A stretch of 64,000 bases of DNA from Paragordius varius (taxonomy: Eukaryota; Animalia; Nematomorpha). The notes beneath the pieces were generated by a model. It did no database searches and was not told where the DNA came from. It saw only the letters and a list, made by a program, of their open reading frames with translations. Positions 30,201 through 45,000 of the stretch are shown piece by piece; within the stretch, counting starts at the first letter, position 1; every line of letters starts with the position of its first letter. Position numbers and translations under genes: made by a program. The stretch is from the NCBI GenBank assembly GCA_964247055.1, contig OZ176053.1, positions 3,844,001-3,908,000 of the forward strand. The letters run 5' to 3'.

Positions 30201-33200
30201 CTTGATTGTATGGGTAATTACAACAATCAACCATACATATTTAATAATCAAATTATATTAACCATGAATGTATGGGTAATTACAACAATCAACCAAACAT
30301 CTTTAACAATCAAATTATATTAAGCCATGATTGTATGGGTAATTACAACAATCATCCATACATCTTTAACAATCAAATTATATTAACCATGATTGTATGG
30401 GTAATTACAACAATCAACCATACATATTTAATAATCAAATTATATTAACCATGAATGTATGGGCAATTACAACAATCAACCATACATATTTAATAATCAA
30501 ATTATATTAACCATGAATGTATGGGCAATTACAACAATCAACCATACATATTTAATAATCAAATTATATTAACCATGATTGTATGGGTAATTACAACAAT
30601 CAACCATACATATTTAATAATCAAATTATATTAACCATGAATGTATGGGCAATTATAACAATCAACCAAACATCTTTAACAATCAAATTATATTAAGCCA
30701 TGATTGTATGGGTAATTACAACAATCATCCATACATCTTTAACAATCAAATTATATTAACCATGATTGTATGGGTAATTACAACAATCAACCATACATAT
30801 TTAATAATCAAATTATATTAACCATGAATGTATGGGTAATTACAACAATCAAACAAACATCTTTAACAATCAAATTATATTAAGCCATGATTGTATGGGT
30901 AATTACAACAATCATCCATACCTCTTTAACAATCAAATTATATAAACCATGATTGTATGAGTAATTATAACAATCAACCATACATATTTAATAATCAAAT
31001 TATATTAACCATGAATGTATAGGCAATTACAACAATCATCCATACCTCTTTAACAATCAAATTATATTAACCATGAATCTATGGGTACTTACAACAATCA
31101 ACCATACCTCTTTAATAATCAAATTATATTAACCATGAATGTATGGGTAATTACAACAATCAACCATACCTCTTTAATAATCAAATTATATTGACCATGA
31201 ATGTATGGGTAATTACAACAATCAACCATACCTCTTTAATAATCAAATTATATTAACCATGAATGTATGGGCAATTATAACAATCAACCAAACATCTTTA
31301 ACAATCAAATTATATTAACCATAAATGTATGGGTAATTACAACAATCAACCATACCTCTTTAATAATCAAATTATATTAACCATGAATGTATGGGCAATT
31401 ACAACAATCAACCAAACATCTTTAACAATCAAATTATATTAAGCCATGATTGTATGGGTAATTACAACAATCATCCATACATCTTTAACAATCAAATTAT
31501 ATTAAGCCATGATTGTATGGGTAATTACAACAATCATCCATACATCTTTAACAATCAAATTATATTAAGCCATGAATGTATGGGTAATTACAACAATCAA
31601 CCATACCTCTTTAATAATCAAATTATATTAACCATGAATGTATGGGTAATTACAACAATCAACCATACCTCTTTAATAATCAAATTATATTAACCATGAA
31701 TGTATGGGTAATTACAACAATCAACCATACCTCTTTAATAATCAAATTATATTAACCATGAATGTATGGGCAATTATAACAATCAACCAAACATCTTTAA
31801 CAATCAAATTATATTAACCATGAATGTATGGGTAATTACAACAATCAACCATACCTCTTTAATACAAATTATATTAACCATGAATGTATGGGCAATTTCA
31901 ACAATCAACCAAACATCTTTAACAATCAAATTATATTAAGCCATGATTGTATAGGTAATTACAACAATCATCCATACATCTTTAACAATCAAATTATATT
32001 AACCATGATTGTATGGGTAATTACAACAATCAACCATACATATTTAATAATCAAATTATATTAACCATGAATGTATGGGTAATTACAACAATCAACCATA
32101 CCTCTTTAATAATCAAATTATATTAACCATGAATGTATGGGCATTTATAACAATCAACCATACATCTTTAACAATCAAATTATATTAACCATGAATGTAT
32201 GGGTAATTACAACAATCAACCATACATCTTTAACAATCAAATTATATTAACCATGAATGTATGGGTAATTACAACAATCAACCATACCTCTTTAATAATC
32301 AAATTATATTAACCATGAATGTATGGGCAATTACAACAATCAACCAAACATCTTTAACAATCAAATTATATTAAGCCATGATTGTATGGGTAATTACAAC
32401 AATCATCCATACCTCTTTAACAATCAAATTATATTAACCATGATTGTATGGGTAATTATTACAATCAACCATACATATTTAATAATCAAATTATATTAAC
32501 CATGAATGTATGGGTAATTACAACAATCAACCATACCTCTTTAATAATCAAATTATATTAACCATGAATGTATGGGTAATTACAACAATCAACCATAGCT
32601 CTTTAATAATCAAATTATATTAACCATGAATGTATGGGCAATTATAACATTCAACCAAACATCTTTAACAATCAAATTATATTAAGCCATGATTGTATGG
32701 GTAATTATAACAATCAACCATACTATTTAATAATCAAATTATATTAACCATGAATGTATGGGTAATTACAACAATCAACCATACCTCTTTAATAATCAAA
32801 TTATATTGACCATGAATGTATGGGTAATTACAACAATCATCCATACCTCTTTAACAATCAAATTATATTAACCATGAATGTATGGGTAATTACAACAATC
32901 ACCCATACCTCTTTAATAATCAAATTATATTAACCATGAATGTATGGGCAATTACAACAATCAACCAAACATCTTTAACAATCAAATTATATTAAGCCAT
33001 GATTGTATGGGTAATTACAACAATCATCCATACCTCTTTAACAATAAAATTATATTAACCATGATTGTATGGGTAATTATAACAATCAACCATACATATT
33101 TAATAATCAAATTATATTAACCATGAATGTATAGGTAATTACAACAATCAACCATACCTCTTTAATAATCAAATTATATTGACCATGAATGTATGGGTAA

Positions 33201-34399
33201 TTACAACAATCAACCATACCTCTTTAATAATCAAATTATATTAACCATGAATGTATCAGCAATTATAACAATCAACCAAACATCTTTAACAATCAAATTA
33301 TATTAAACATGAATGTATGGGTAATTACAACAATCAACCATACCTCTTTAATATTCAAATTATATTAACCATGAATGTATGGGTAATTACAACAATCAAC
33401 CATACCTCTTTAACAATTAAATTATATTAACCATGATTGTTTGGGTAATTACAACAATCAACCATACCTCTTTAACAATCAAATTATATTAACCATGATT
33501 GTATTGGTAATTACAACAATCAACCATACCTCTTTAACAATTAAATTATATTAACCATGATTGTTTGGGTAATTACAACAATCATCCATACCTCTTGAAC
33601 AATCAAATTATATTAACCATGAATCTATGGGTACTTACAACAATCAACCATACCTCTTTAATAATCAAATTATATTAACCATGAATGTATGGGCAATTAC
33701 AATAATCAACCATACCTCTTTAACAATCAAATTATATTAACAATGAATGAATGGGTAATTACAACAATCAACCATACCTCTTTAATAATCAAATTATATT
33801 AACCATGATTGTATGGGTAATTTTAACAATCAACCAAACCTCTTTAAAAATCAAATTATATTAACCATGATTGTATGGATAATTACAACAATCAACCAAA
33901 CCTCTTTAAAACTCAAATTATAAGCATGATTGTATGGATAATTACAAAAATCAACCAAACCTCTTTAAAAATCAAATTATATTAACCATGATTATATGGA
34001 TAATTACAACAATCAACTATACCTCTTTAAAAATCAAATTATATCAACCATGATTGTATGGGTAATTATAACAATCAACCAAACCTCTTTAAAAATCAAA
34101 TTATAAGCATGATTGTATGGATAATTACAACAATCAACCAAACCTCTTTAAAAATCAAATTATATTAACCACGATTGTATGGATAATTACAACAATCAAC
34201 TATACCTCTTTAAAAATCAAATTATATTAACCATGATTGTATGGATAATTACAACAATCAACTATACCTCTTTAAAAATCAAATTATATTAACCATGATT
34301 GTATGGGTAATTTTAACAATCAACCAAACCTCTTTAAAAATCAAATTATATTAAGCAGGATTGTATGGATAATTACAACAATCAACCAAACCTCTTTAA

Positions 34400-37300
34400 A
34401 AATCAAATTATATTAACCACGATTGTATGGATAATTACAACAATCAACTATACCTCTTTAAAAATCAAATTATATTAACCATGATTGTATGGGTAATTAC
34501 AACAATCACCATACATATTTAACAATCAAATTATATTAACCATGATTGTATGGATAATTACAACAATCAACTATACCTCTTTAAAAATCAAATTATATTA
34601 ACCATGATTGTATGGATAATTACAACAATCAACTATACCTCTTTAAAAATCAAATTATATCAACCATGATTGTATGGGTAATTACAACAATCAACCAAAC
34701 CTCTTTAAAAATCAAATTATATTAACCACGATTGTATGGATAGTTACAACAAACAACCAAACCTCTTTAAAAATCAAATTATAAGCATGATTGTATGGAT
34801 AATTACAACAATCAACTATACCTCTTTAAAAATCAAATTATATTAACCACGATTGTATGGATAGTTACAACAAACAACCAAACCTCTTTAAAAATCAAAT
34901 TATATTAACCATGATTGTATGGATAATTACAACAATCAACTATACCTCTTTAAAAATCAAATTATATCAACCATGATTGTATGGGTAATTACAACAATCA
35001 ACCAAACCTCTTTAAAAATCAAATTTATATTAACCATGATTGTATGGATAATTACAACAATCAACTATACCTATTTAAAAATCAAATTATATCAACCATG
35101 ATTGTATGGGTAATTATAACAATCAACCAAACCTCTTTAAAAATCACATTATATTAACCACGATTGTATGGATAATTACAACAATCAACTATACCTCTTT
35201 AAAAATCAAATTATATCAACCATGATTGTATGGGTAATTACAACAATCAACCAAACCTCTTTAAAAATCAAATTATATTAACCACGATTGTATGGATAAT
35301 TACAACAATCAACCAAACCTCTTTAAAAATCAAATTATAAGCATGATTGTATGGATAATTACAACAATCAACCAAACCTCTTTAAAAATCAAATTATATT
35401 AACTATGATTGTATGGATAATTACAACAATCAACTATACCTCTTTAAAAATCAAATTATATCAACCATGATTGTATGGGTAATTATAACAATCAACCAAA
35501 CCTCTTTAAAAATCAAATTATACGCATGATTGTATGGATAATTACAACAATCAACCAAACCTCTTTAAAAATCAAATTATATCAACCATGATTGTATGGG
35601 TAATTACAACAATCAACCGAACCTCTTTAAAAATCAAATTATATTAACCACGATTGTATGGATAATTACAACAATCAACCAAACCTCTTTAAAAATCAAA
35701 TTATAAGCATGAATATATGGATAATTACAACAATCAACCAAACCTCTTTAAAAATCAAATTATATTAACCACGATTGTATGGATAATTACAACAATCAAC
35801 TATACCTCTTTAAAAATCAAATTATATTAACCATGATTGTATGGGTAATTATAACAATCAACCAAACCCTTTAAAAATCAAATTATAAGCATGATTGTAT
35901 GGATAATTACAACAATCAACTATACCTCTTTAAAAATCAAATTATATTAACCATGATTGTATGGATAATTACAACAATCAACTATACCTCTTTAAAAATC
36001 AAATTATATTAACCATGATTGTATGGGTAATTTTAACAATCAACCAAACCTCTTTAAAAATCAAATTATATTAACCACGATTGTATGGATAATTACAACA
36101 ATCAACTATACCTCTTTAAAAATCAAATTATATTAACCATGATTGTATGGGTAATTACAACAATCACCATACATATTTAACAATCAAATTATATTAACCA
36201 TGATTGTATGGATAATTACAACAATCAACTATACCTCTTTAAAAATCAAATTATATTAACCATGATTGTATGGATAATTACAACAATCAACTATACCTCT
36301 TTAAAAATCAAATTATATCAACCATGATTGTATGGGTAATTACAACAATCAACCAAACCTCTTTAAAAATCAAATTATATTAACCACGATTGTATGGATA
36401 GTTACAACAAACAACCAAACCTCTTTAAAAATCAAATTATAAGCATGATTGTATGGATAATTACAACAATCAACTATACCTCTTTAAAAATCAAATTATA
36501 TTAACCACGATTGTATGGATAGTTACAACAAACAACCAAACCTCTTTAAAAATCAAATTATATTAACCATGATTGTATGGATAATTACAACAATCAACTA
36601 TACCTCTTTAAAAATCAAATTATATCAACCATGATTGTATGGGTAATTACAACAATCAACCAAACCTCTTTAAAAATCAAATTTATATTAACCATGATTG
36701 TATGGATAATTACAACAATCAACTATACCTCTTTAAAAATCAAATTATATCAACCATGATTGTATGGGTAATTATAACAATCAACCAAACCTCTTTAAAA
36801 ATCACATTATATTAACCACGATTGTATGGATAATTACAACAATCAACTATACCTCTTTAAAAATCAAATTATATCAACCATGATTGTATGGGTAATTACA
36901 ACAATCAACCAAACCTCTTTAAAAATCAAATTATATTAACCACGATTGTATGGATAATTACAACAATCAACCAAACCTCTTTAAAAATCAAATTATAAGC
37001 ATGATTGTATGGATAATTACAACAATCAACCAAACCTCTTTAAAAATCAAATTATATTAACTATGATTGTATGGATAATTACAACAATCAACTATACCTC
37101 TTTAAAAATCAAATTATATCAACCATGATTGTATGGGTAATTATAACAATCAACCAAACCTCTTTAAAAATCAAATTATACGCATGATTGTATGGATAAT
37201 TACAACAATCAACCAAACCTCTTTAAAAATCAAATTAATTAACCATGATTGTATGGATAATTACAAAATCAACTATACCTCTTTAAAAATCAAATTATAT

Positions 37301-37600
37301 CAACCATGATTGTATGGGTAATTACAACAATCAACCGAACCTCTTTAAAAATCAAATTATATTAACCACGATTGTATGGATAATTACAACAATCAACCAA
37401 ACCTCTTTAAAAATCAAATTATAAGCATGAATATATGGATAATTACAACAATCAACCAAACCTCTTTAAAAATCAAATTATATTAACCACGATTGTATGG
37501 ATAATTACAACAATCAACTATACCTCTTTAAAAATCAAATTATATTAACCATGATTGTATGGATAATTACAACAATCAACTATACCTCTTTAAAAATCAA
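34400..37600 (+). repeat. Tandem duplication of a 1658-bp (about 27-mer) unit in domain D
   Basis: CAATCACC 34503/36161, AAATTTAT 35021/36679, ATACGCATG 35520/37178, ORF pair 34919/36577. CCGAAC 35617/37335 is offset 1718 after one extra 60-bp monomer. Confidence 0.92.
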
Positions 37601-37679
37601 ATTATATTAACCATGATTGTATGGGTAATTTTAACAATCAACCAAACCTCTTTAAAAATCAAATTATATTAACCATGAT

Positions 37680-40600
37680 TGTATGGATAATTACAACAAT
37701 CAACCAAACCTCTTTAAAAATCAAATTATATTAACCACGATTGTATGGATAATTACAACAATCAACTATACCTCTTTAAAAATCAAATTATATTAACCAT
37801 GATTGTATGGGTAATTATAACAATCAACCAAACCTCTTTAAAAATCAAATTATAAGCATGATTGTATGGATAATTACAACAATCAACCAAACCTCTTTAA
37901 AAATCAAATTATATTAACCACGATTGTATGGATAATTACAACAATCAACTAACCTCTTTAAAAATCAAATTATATTAACCATGATTGTATGGGTAATTAT
38001 AACAATCAACCAAACCTCTTTAAAAATCAAATTATAAGCATGATTGTATGGATAATTACAACAATCAACCAAACCTCTTTAAAAATCAAATTATATTAAC
38101 CACGATTGTATGGATAATTACAACAATCAACTAACCTCTTTAAAAATCAAATTATATTAACCATGATTGTATGGGTAATTATAACAATCAACCAAACCTC
38201 TTTAAAAATCAAATTATAAGCATGATTGTATGGATAATTACAACAATCAACTATACCTCTTTAAAAATCAAATTATATTAACCATGATTGTATGGATAAT
38301 TACAACAATCAACTATACCTCTTTAAAAATCAAATTATATCAACCATGATTGTATGGGTAATTACAACAATCAACAAAACCTCTTTAAAAATCAAATTAT
38401 ATTAACCACGATTGTATGGATAATTACAACAATCAACTATACCTCTTTAAAAATCAAATTATATTAACCATGATTGTATGGATAATTACAACAATCAACT
38501 ATACCTCTTTAAAAATCAAATTATATTAACCATGATTGTATGGATAATTACAACAATCAACTATACCTCTTTAAAAATCAAATTATATTAACCATGATTG
38601 TATGGATAATTACAACAATCAACTATACCTCTTTAAAAATCAAATTATATTAACCATGATTGTATGGATAATTACAACAATCAACTATACCTCTTTAAAA
38701 ATCAAATTATATTAACCATGATTGTATGGGTAATTACAACAATCAACCAAACCTCTTTAAAAATCAAATTATATTAACCACGATTGTATGGATAATTACA
38801 ACAATCAACTATACCTCTTTAAAAATCAAATTATATTAACCATGATTATATGGATAATTACAACAATCAACTATACCTCTTTAAAAATCAAATTATATCA
38901 ACCATGATTGTATGGATAATTACAACAATCAACTATACCTCTTTAAAAATCAAATTATATTAACCATGATTGTATGGGTAATTACAACAATCAACCAAAC
39001 CTCTTTAAAAATCAAATTATATTAACCACGATTGTATGGATAATTACAACAATCAACTATACCTCTTTAAAAATCAAATTATATTAACCATGATTGTATG
39101 GGTAATTACAACAATCAACTATACCTTTTTAAAAATCAAATTATATTAACCACGATTGTATGGATAATTACAACAATCAACTATACCTCTTTAAAAATCA
39201 AATTATATCAACCATGATTGTATGGATAATTACAACAATCAACTATACCTCTTTAAAAATCAAATTATATTAACCATGATTGTATGGGTAATTTTAACAA
39301 TCAACCAAACCTCTTTAAAAATCAAATTATATTAAGCATGATTGTATGGATAATTACAACAATCAACCAAACCTCTTTAAAAATCAAATTATATTAAGCA
39401 CGATTGTATGGATAATTACAACAATCAACTATACCTATTAAAAAATCAAATTATATTAACCATGATTGTATGGGTAATTTTAACAATCAACCAAACCTCT
39501 TTAAAAATCAAATTATATAAACCATGATTGTATGGATAATTACAACAATCAACCACACATCTTTAACAAACAAATTATATTAAGCATGATTGTATGGGTA
39601 ATTACAACAATCAACCAAACATCTATAACAAACAAATTATATTAAGCATGATTGTATGGATAATTACAACAATCAACCAAACATCTATAACAAACAAATT
39701 ATAGTAACCATGATTGTAAGGGTAATTAAAACAATCAACCAAACCTCTTTAAAAATCAAATTATAAGCATGATTGTATGGATAATTACAACAATCAACTA
39801 TACCTCTTTAAAAATCAAATTATATTAACCATGATTGTATGGATAATTACAACAATCAACCAAACCTCTTTAAAAATCAAATTATATTAACCACGATTGT
39901 ATGGATAATTACAACAATCAACTATACCTCTTTAAAAATCAAATTATATTAACCATGATTGTATGGGTAATTATAACAATCAACCAAACCTCTTTAAAAA
40001 TCAAATTATAAGCATGATTGTATGGATAATTACAACAATCAACCAAACCTCTTTAAAAATCAAATTATATTAACCACGATTGTATGGATAATTACAACAA
40101 TCAACTAACCTCTTTAAAAATCAAATTATATTAACCATGATTGTATGGGTAATTATAACAATCAACCAAACCTCTTTAAAAATCAAATTATAAGCATGAT
40201 TGTATGTATAATTACAACAATCAACCAAACCTCTTTAAAAATCAAATTATATTAACCACGATTGTATGGATAATTACAACAATCAACTAACCTCTTTAAA
40301 AATCAAATTATATTAACCATGATTGTATGGGTAATTATAACAATCAACCAAACCTCTTTAAAAATCAAATTATAAGCATGATTGTATGGATAATTACAAC
40401 AATCAACTATACCTCTTTAAAAATCAAATTATATTAACCATGATTGTATGGATAATTACAACAATCAACTATACCTCTTTAAAAATCAAATTATATCAAC
40501 CATGATTGTATGGGTAATTACAACAATCAACAAAACCTCTTTAAAAATCAAATTATATTAACCACGATTGTATGGATAATTACAACAATCAACTATACCT

Positions 40601-41050
40601 CTTTAAAAATCAAATTATATTAACCATGATTGTATGGATAATTACAACAATCAACTATACCTCTTTAAAAATCAAATTATATTAACCATGATTGTATGGA
40701 TAATTACAACAATCAACTATACCTCTTTAAAAATCAAATTATATTAACCATGATTGTATGGATAATTACAACAATCAACTATACCTCTTTAAAAATCAAA
40801 TTATATTAACCATGATTGTATGGATAATTACAACAATCAACTATACCTCTTTAAAAATCAAATTATATTAACCATGATTGTATGGGTAATTACAACAATC
40901 AACCAAACCTCTTTAAAAATCAAATTATATTAACCACGATTGTATGGATAATTACAACAATCAACTATACCTCTTTATAAATCAAATTATATTAACCATG
41001 ATTATATGGATAATTTCAACAATCAACTATACCTCTTTAAAAATCAAATT
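37680..41050 (+). repeat. About 1.2-kb block duplicated at 2156-bp offset, containing a 182-bp 3-mer HOR
   Basis: CAAAAC at 38375/40531. ATAAG at 37852, 38034 and 38216 (spacing 182 = 59+62+61). The run of five identical monomers is repeated at about 40570-40860. Confidence 0.85.
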
Positions 41051-43899
41051 ATATCAACCATGATTGTATGGGTAATTAAAACAATCAACCAAACCTCTTT
41101 AAAAATCAAATTATATTAACCATGATTGTATGGGTAATTACAACAATCAACTATACCTTTTTAAAAATCAAATTATATTAACCACGATTGTATGGATAAT
41201 TACAACAATCAACCAAACCTCTTTAAAAATCAAATTATATTAACCATGATTGTATGGGTAATTTTAACAATCAACCAAACCTCTTTAAAAATCAAATTAT
41301 ATCAACCATGATTGTATGGATAATTACAACAATCAACTATACCTCTTTAAAAATCAAATTATATTAACCATGATTGTATGGGTAATTTTAACAATCAACC
41401 AAACCTCTTTAAAAATCAAATTATATTAAGCATGATTGTATGGATAATTACAACAATCAACCAAACCTCTTTAAAAATCAAATTATATTAACCACGATTG
41501 TATGGATAATTACAACAATCAACTATACCTCTTTAAAAATCAAATTATATTAACCATGATTGTATGGGTAATTTTAACAATCAACCAAACCTCTTTAAAA
41601 ATCAAATTATATTAAGCATGATTGTATGGATAATTACAACAATCAACCAAACCTCTTTAAAAATCAAATTATATTAACCACGATTGTATGGATAATTACA
41701 ACAATCAACTATACCTCTTTAAAAATCAAATTATATTAACCATGATTGTATGGATAATTACAACAATCAACTATACCTCTTTAAAAATCAAATTATATTA
41801 ACCATGATTGTATGGGTAATTTTAACAATCAACCAAACCTCTTTAAAAATCAAATTATATTAAGCATGATTGTATGGATAATTACAACAATCAACCAAAC
41901 CTCTTTAAAAATCAAATTATATTAACCACGATTGTATGGATAATTACAACAATCAACTATACCTCTTTAAAAATCAAATTATAAGCATGATTGTATGGAT
42001 AATAACAACAATCAACCAAACCTCTTTTATAATCAAATTATATTAACCATGATTGTATGGATAATTACAACAATCAACTATACCTCTTTAAAAATCAAAT
42101 TATATCAACCATGATTGTATGGGTAATTATAACAATCAACCAAACCTCTTTAAAAATCAAATTATATTAAGCATGATTGTATGGATAATTACAACAATCA
42201 ACTATACCTCTTTAAAAATCAAATTATATAAACCATGATTGTATGGATAATTACAACAATCAACCACACATCTTTAACAAACAAATTATATTAAGCATGA
42301 TTGTATGGGTAATTACAACAATCAACCAAACATCTATAACAAACAAATTATATTAAGCATGATTGTATGGATAATTACAACAATCAACCAAACATCTATA
42401 ACAAACAAATTATAGTAACCATGATTGTAAGGGTAATTAAAACAATCAACCAAACCTCTTTAAAAATCAAATTATAAGCATGATTGTATGGATAATTACA
42501 ACAATCAACTATACCTCTTTAAAAATCAAATTATATTAACCATGATTGTATGGATAATTACAACAATCAACTATACCTCTTTAAAAATCAAATTATATTA
42601 ACCATGATTGTATGGGTAATTACAACAATCAACCAAACCTCTTTAAAAATCAAATTATATTAACCACGATTGTATGGATAATTACAACAATCAACTATAC
42701 CTCTTTAAAAATCAAATTATATTAACCATCATTATATGGATAATTACAACAATCAACTATACCTCTTTAAAAATCAAATTATATCAACCATGATTGTATG
42801 GGTAATTACAACAATCAACCAAACCTCTTTAAAAATCAAATTATATTAACCATGATTGTATGGGTAATTACAACAATCAACTATACCTTTTTAAAAATCA
42901 AATTATATTAACCATGATTGTATGGGTAATTTTAACAATCAACTATACCTCTTTAAAAATCAAATTATATTAACCATGATTGTATGGGTAATTTTAACAA
43001 TCAACCAAACCTCTTTAAAAATCAAATTATATTAAGCATGATTGTATGGATAATTACAACAATCAACCAAACCTCTTTAAAAATCAAATTATATTAACCA
43101 CGATTGTATGGATAATTACAACAACCAACTATACCTCTTTAAAAATCAAATTATATTAACCATGATTGTATGGGTAATTTTAACAATCAACCAAACCTCT
43201 TTAAAAATCAAATTATATAAACCATGATTGTATGGATAATTACAACAATCAACCACACATCTTTAACAAACAAATTATATTAAGCATGATTGTATGGGTA
43301 ATTACAACAATCAACCAAACATCTATAACAAACAAATTATAGTAACCATGATTGTAAGGGTAATTAAAACAATCAACCAAACCTCTTTAAAAATCAAATT
43401 ATAAGCATGATTGTATGGATAATTACAACAATCAACTATACCTCTTTAAAAATCAAATTATATTAACCATGATTGTATGGATAATTACAACAATCAACTA
43501 TACCTCTTTAAAAAATTATATCAACCATGATTGTATGGATAATTTCAACAATCAACTATACCTCTTTAAAAATCAAATTATATTAACCATGATTGTATGG
43601 GTAATTTTAACAATCAACCAAACCTCTTTAAAAATCAAATTATATTAAATGATTGTATGGGTAATTACAACAATCATCCATACCTCTTTAAATATCAAAT
43701 TATATTAACCATGATTGTATGGGTAATTTTAACAATCAACCAAACCTCTTTAAAAATCAAATTATATTAACCACGATTGTATGGATAATTACAACAATCA
43801 ACTATACCTCTTTAAAAAACAAATTATATTAACCATGATTGTATGGGTAATTTTAACAATCAATTAAACCTCTTTAAAAATCAAATTATATTAAGCATG

Positions 43900-45000
43900 A
43901 TTGTATGGATAATTACAACAATCAACCAAACCTCTTTAAAAATCAAATTATATTAACCACGATTGTATGGATAATTACAACAATCAACTATACCTCTTTA
44001 AAAATCAAATTATATTAACCATGATTGTATGGGTAATTATAACAATCAACCAAACCTCTTTAAAAATCAAATTATATTAAGCATGATTGTATGGATAATT
44101 ACAACAATCAACTATACCTTTTTAAAAATCAAATTATATCAACCATGATTGTATGGGTAATTACAACAATCAACCAAACCTCTTTAAAAATCAAATTATA
44201 AGCATGATTGTATGGATAATTACAACAATCAACCAAACCTCTTTAAATCTCAAATTATAAGCATGATTGTATGGGTAATTATAACAATCAACCAAACCTC
44301 TTTAAAAATCAAATTATATTAAATGATTGTATGGGTAATTACAACAATCAACCAAACCTCTTTAAAAATCAAATTATATTAACCATGATTGTATGGGTAA
44401 TTTTAACAATCAACCAAACCTCTTTAAAAATCAAATTATATTAACCACGATTGTATGGATAATTACAACAATCAACCAAACCTCTTTAAAAATCAAATTA
44501 TATTAACCACGATTGTATGGATAATTACAACAATCAACTATACCTCTTTAAAAATCAAATTATATTAACCATGATTGTATGGGTAATTATAACAATCAAC
44601 CAAACCTCTTTAAAAATCAAATTATATTAAGCATGATTGTATGGATAATTACAACAATCAACTATACCTTTTTAAAAATCAAATTATATCAACCATGATT
44701 GTATGGGTAATTACAACAATCAACCAAACCTCTTTAAAAATCAAATTATAAGCATGATTGTATGGATAATTACAACAATCAACCAAACCTCTTTAAATCT
44801 CAAATTATAAGCATGATTGTATGGGTAATTATAACAATCAACCAAACCTCTTTAAAAATCAAATTATATTAAATGATTGTATGGGTAATTACAACAATCA
44901 ACCAAACCTCTTTAAAAATCAAATTATATTAACCATGATTGTATGGGTAATTTTAACAATCAACCAAACCTCTTTAAAAATCAAATTATATTAAGCATGA
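43900..45000 (+). repeat. 9-mer (550-bp) tandem duplication
   Basis: AAATCTC at 44245/44795. The 60-bp TTAAATG monomer occurs in both copies (550 = 9x62-3-3-2). Confidence 0.85.

Larger units (their letters stand above)
6701..33800 (+). repeat. Satellite domain C: CATGAATG / TTTAATAATC / 63-bp TTAAGCCATG monomer family organised in higher-order repeats
   Basis: Four recurring monomer types: P = CCAAACATC..AAGCC (63 bp), Q = ATCCATAC, R = CATACATATTTAATAATC, S = CATACCTCTTTAATAATC. No TTTAAAAATC monomers seen between 6671 and 33843. Confidence 0.92.
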
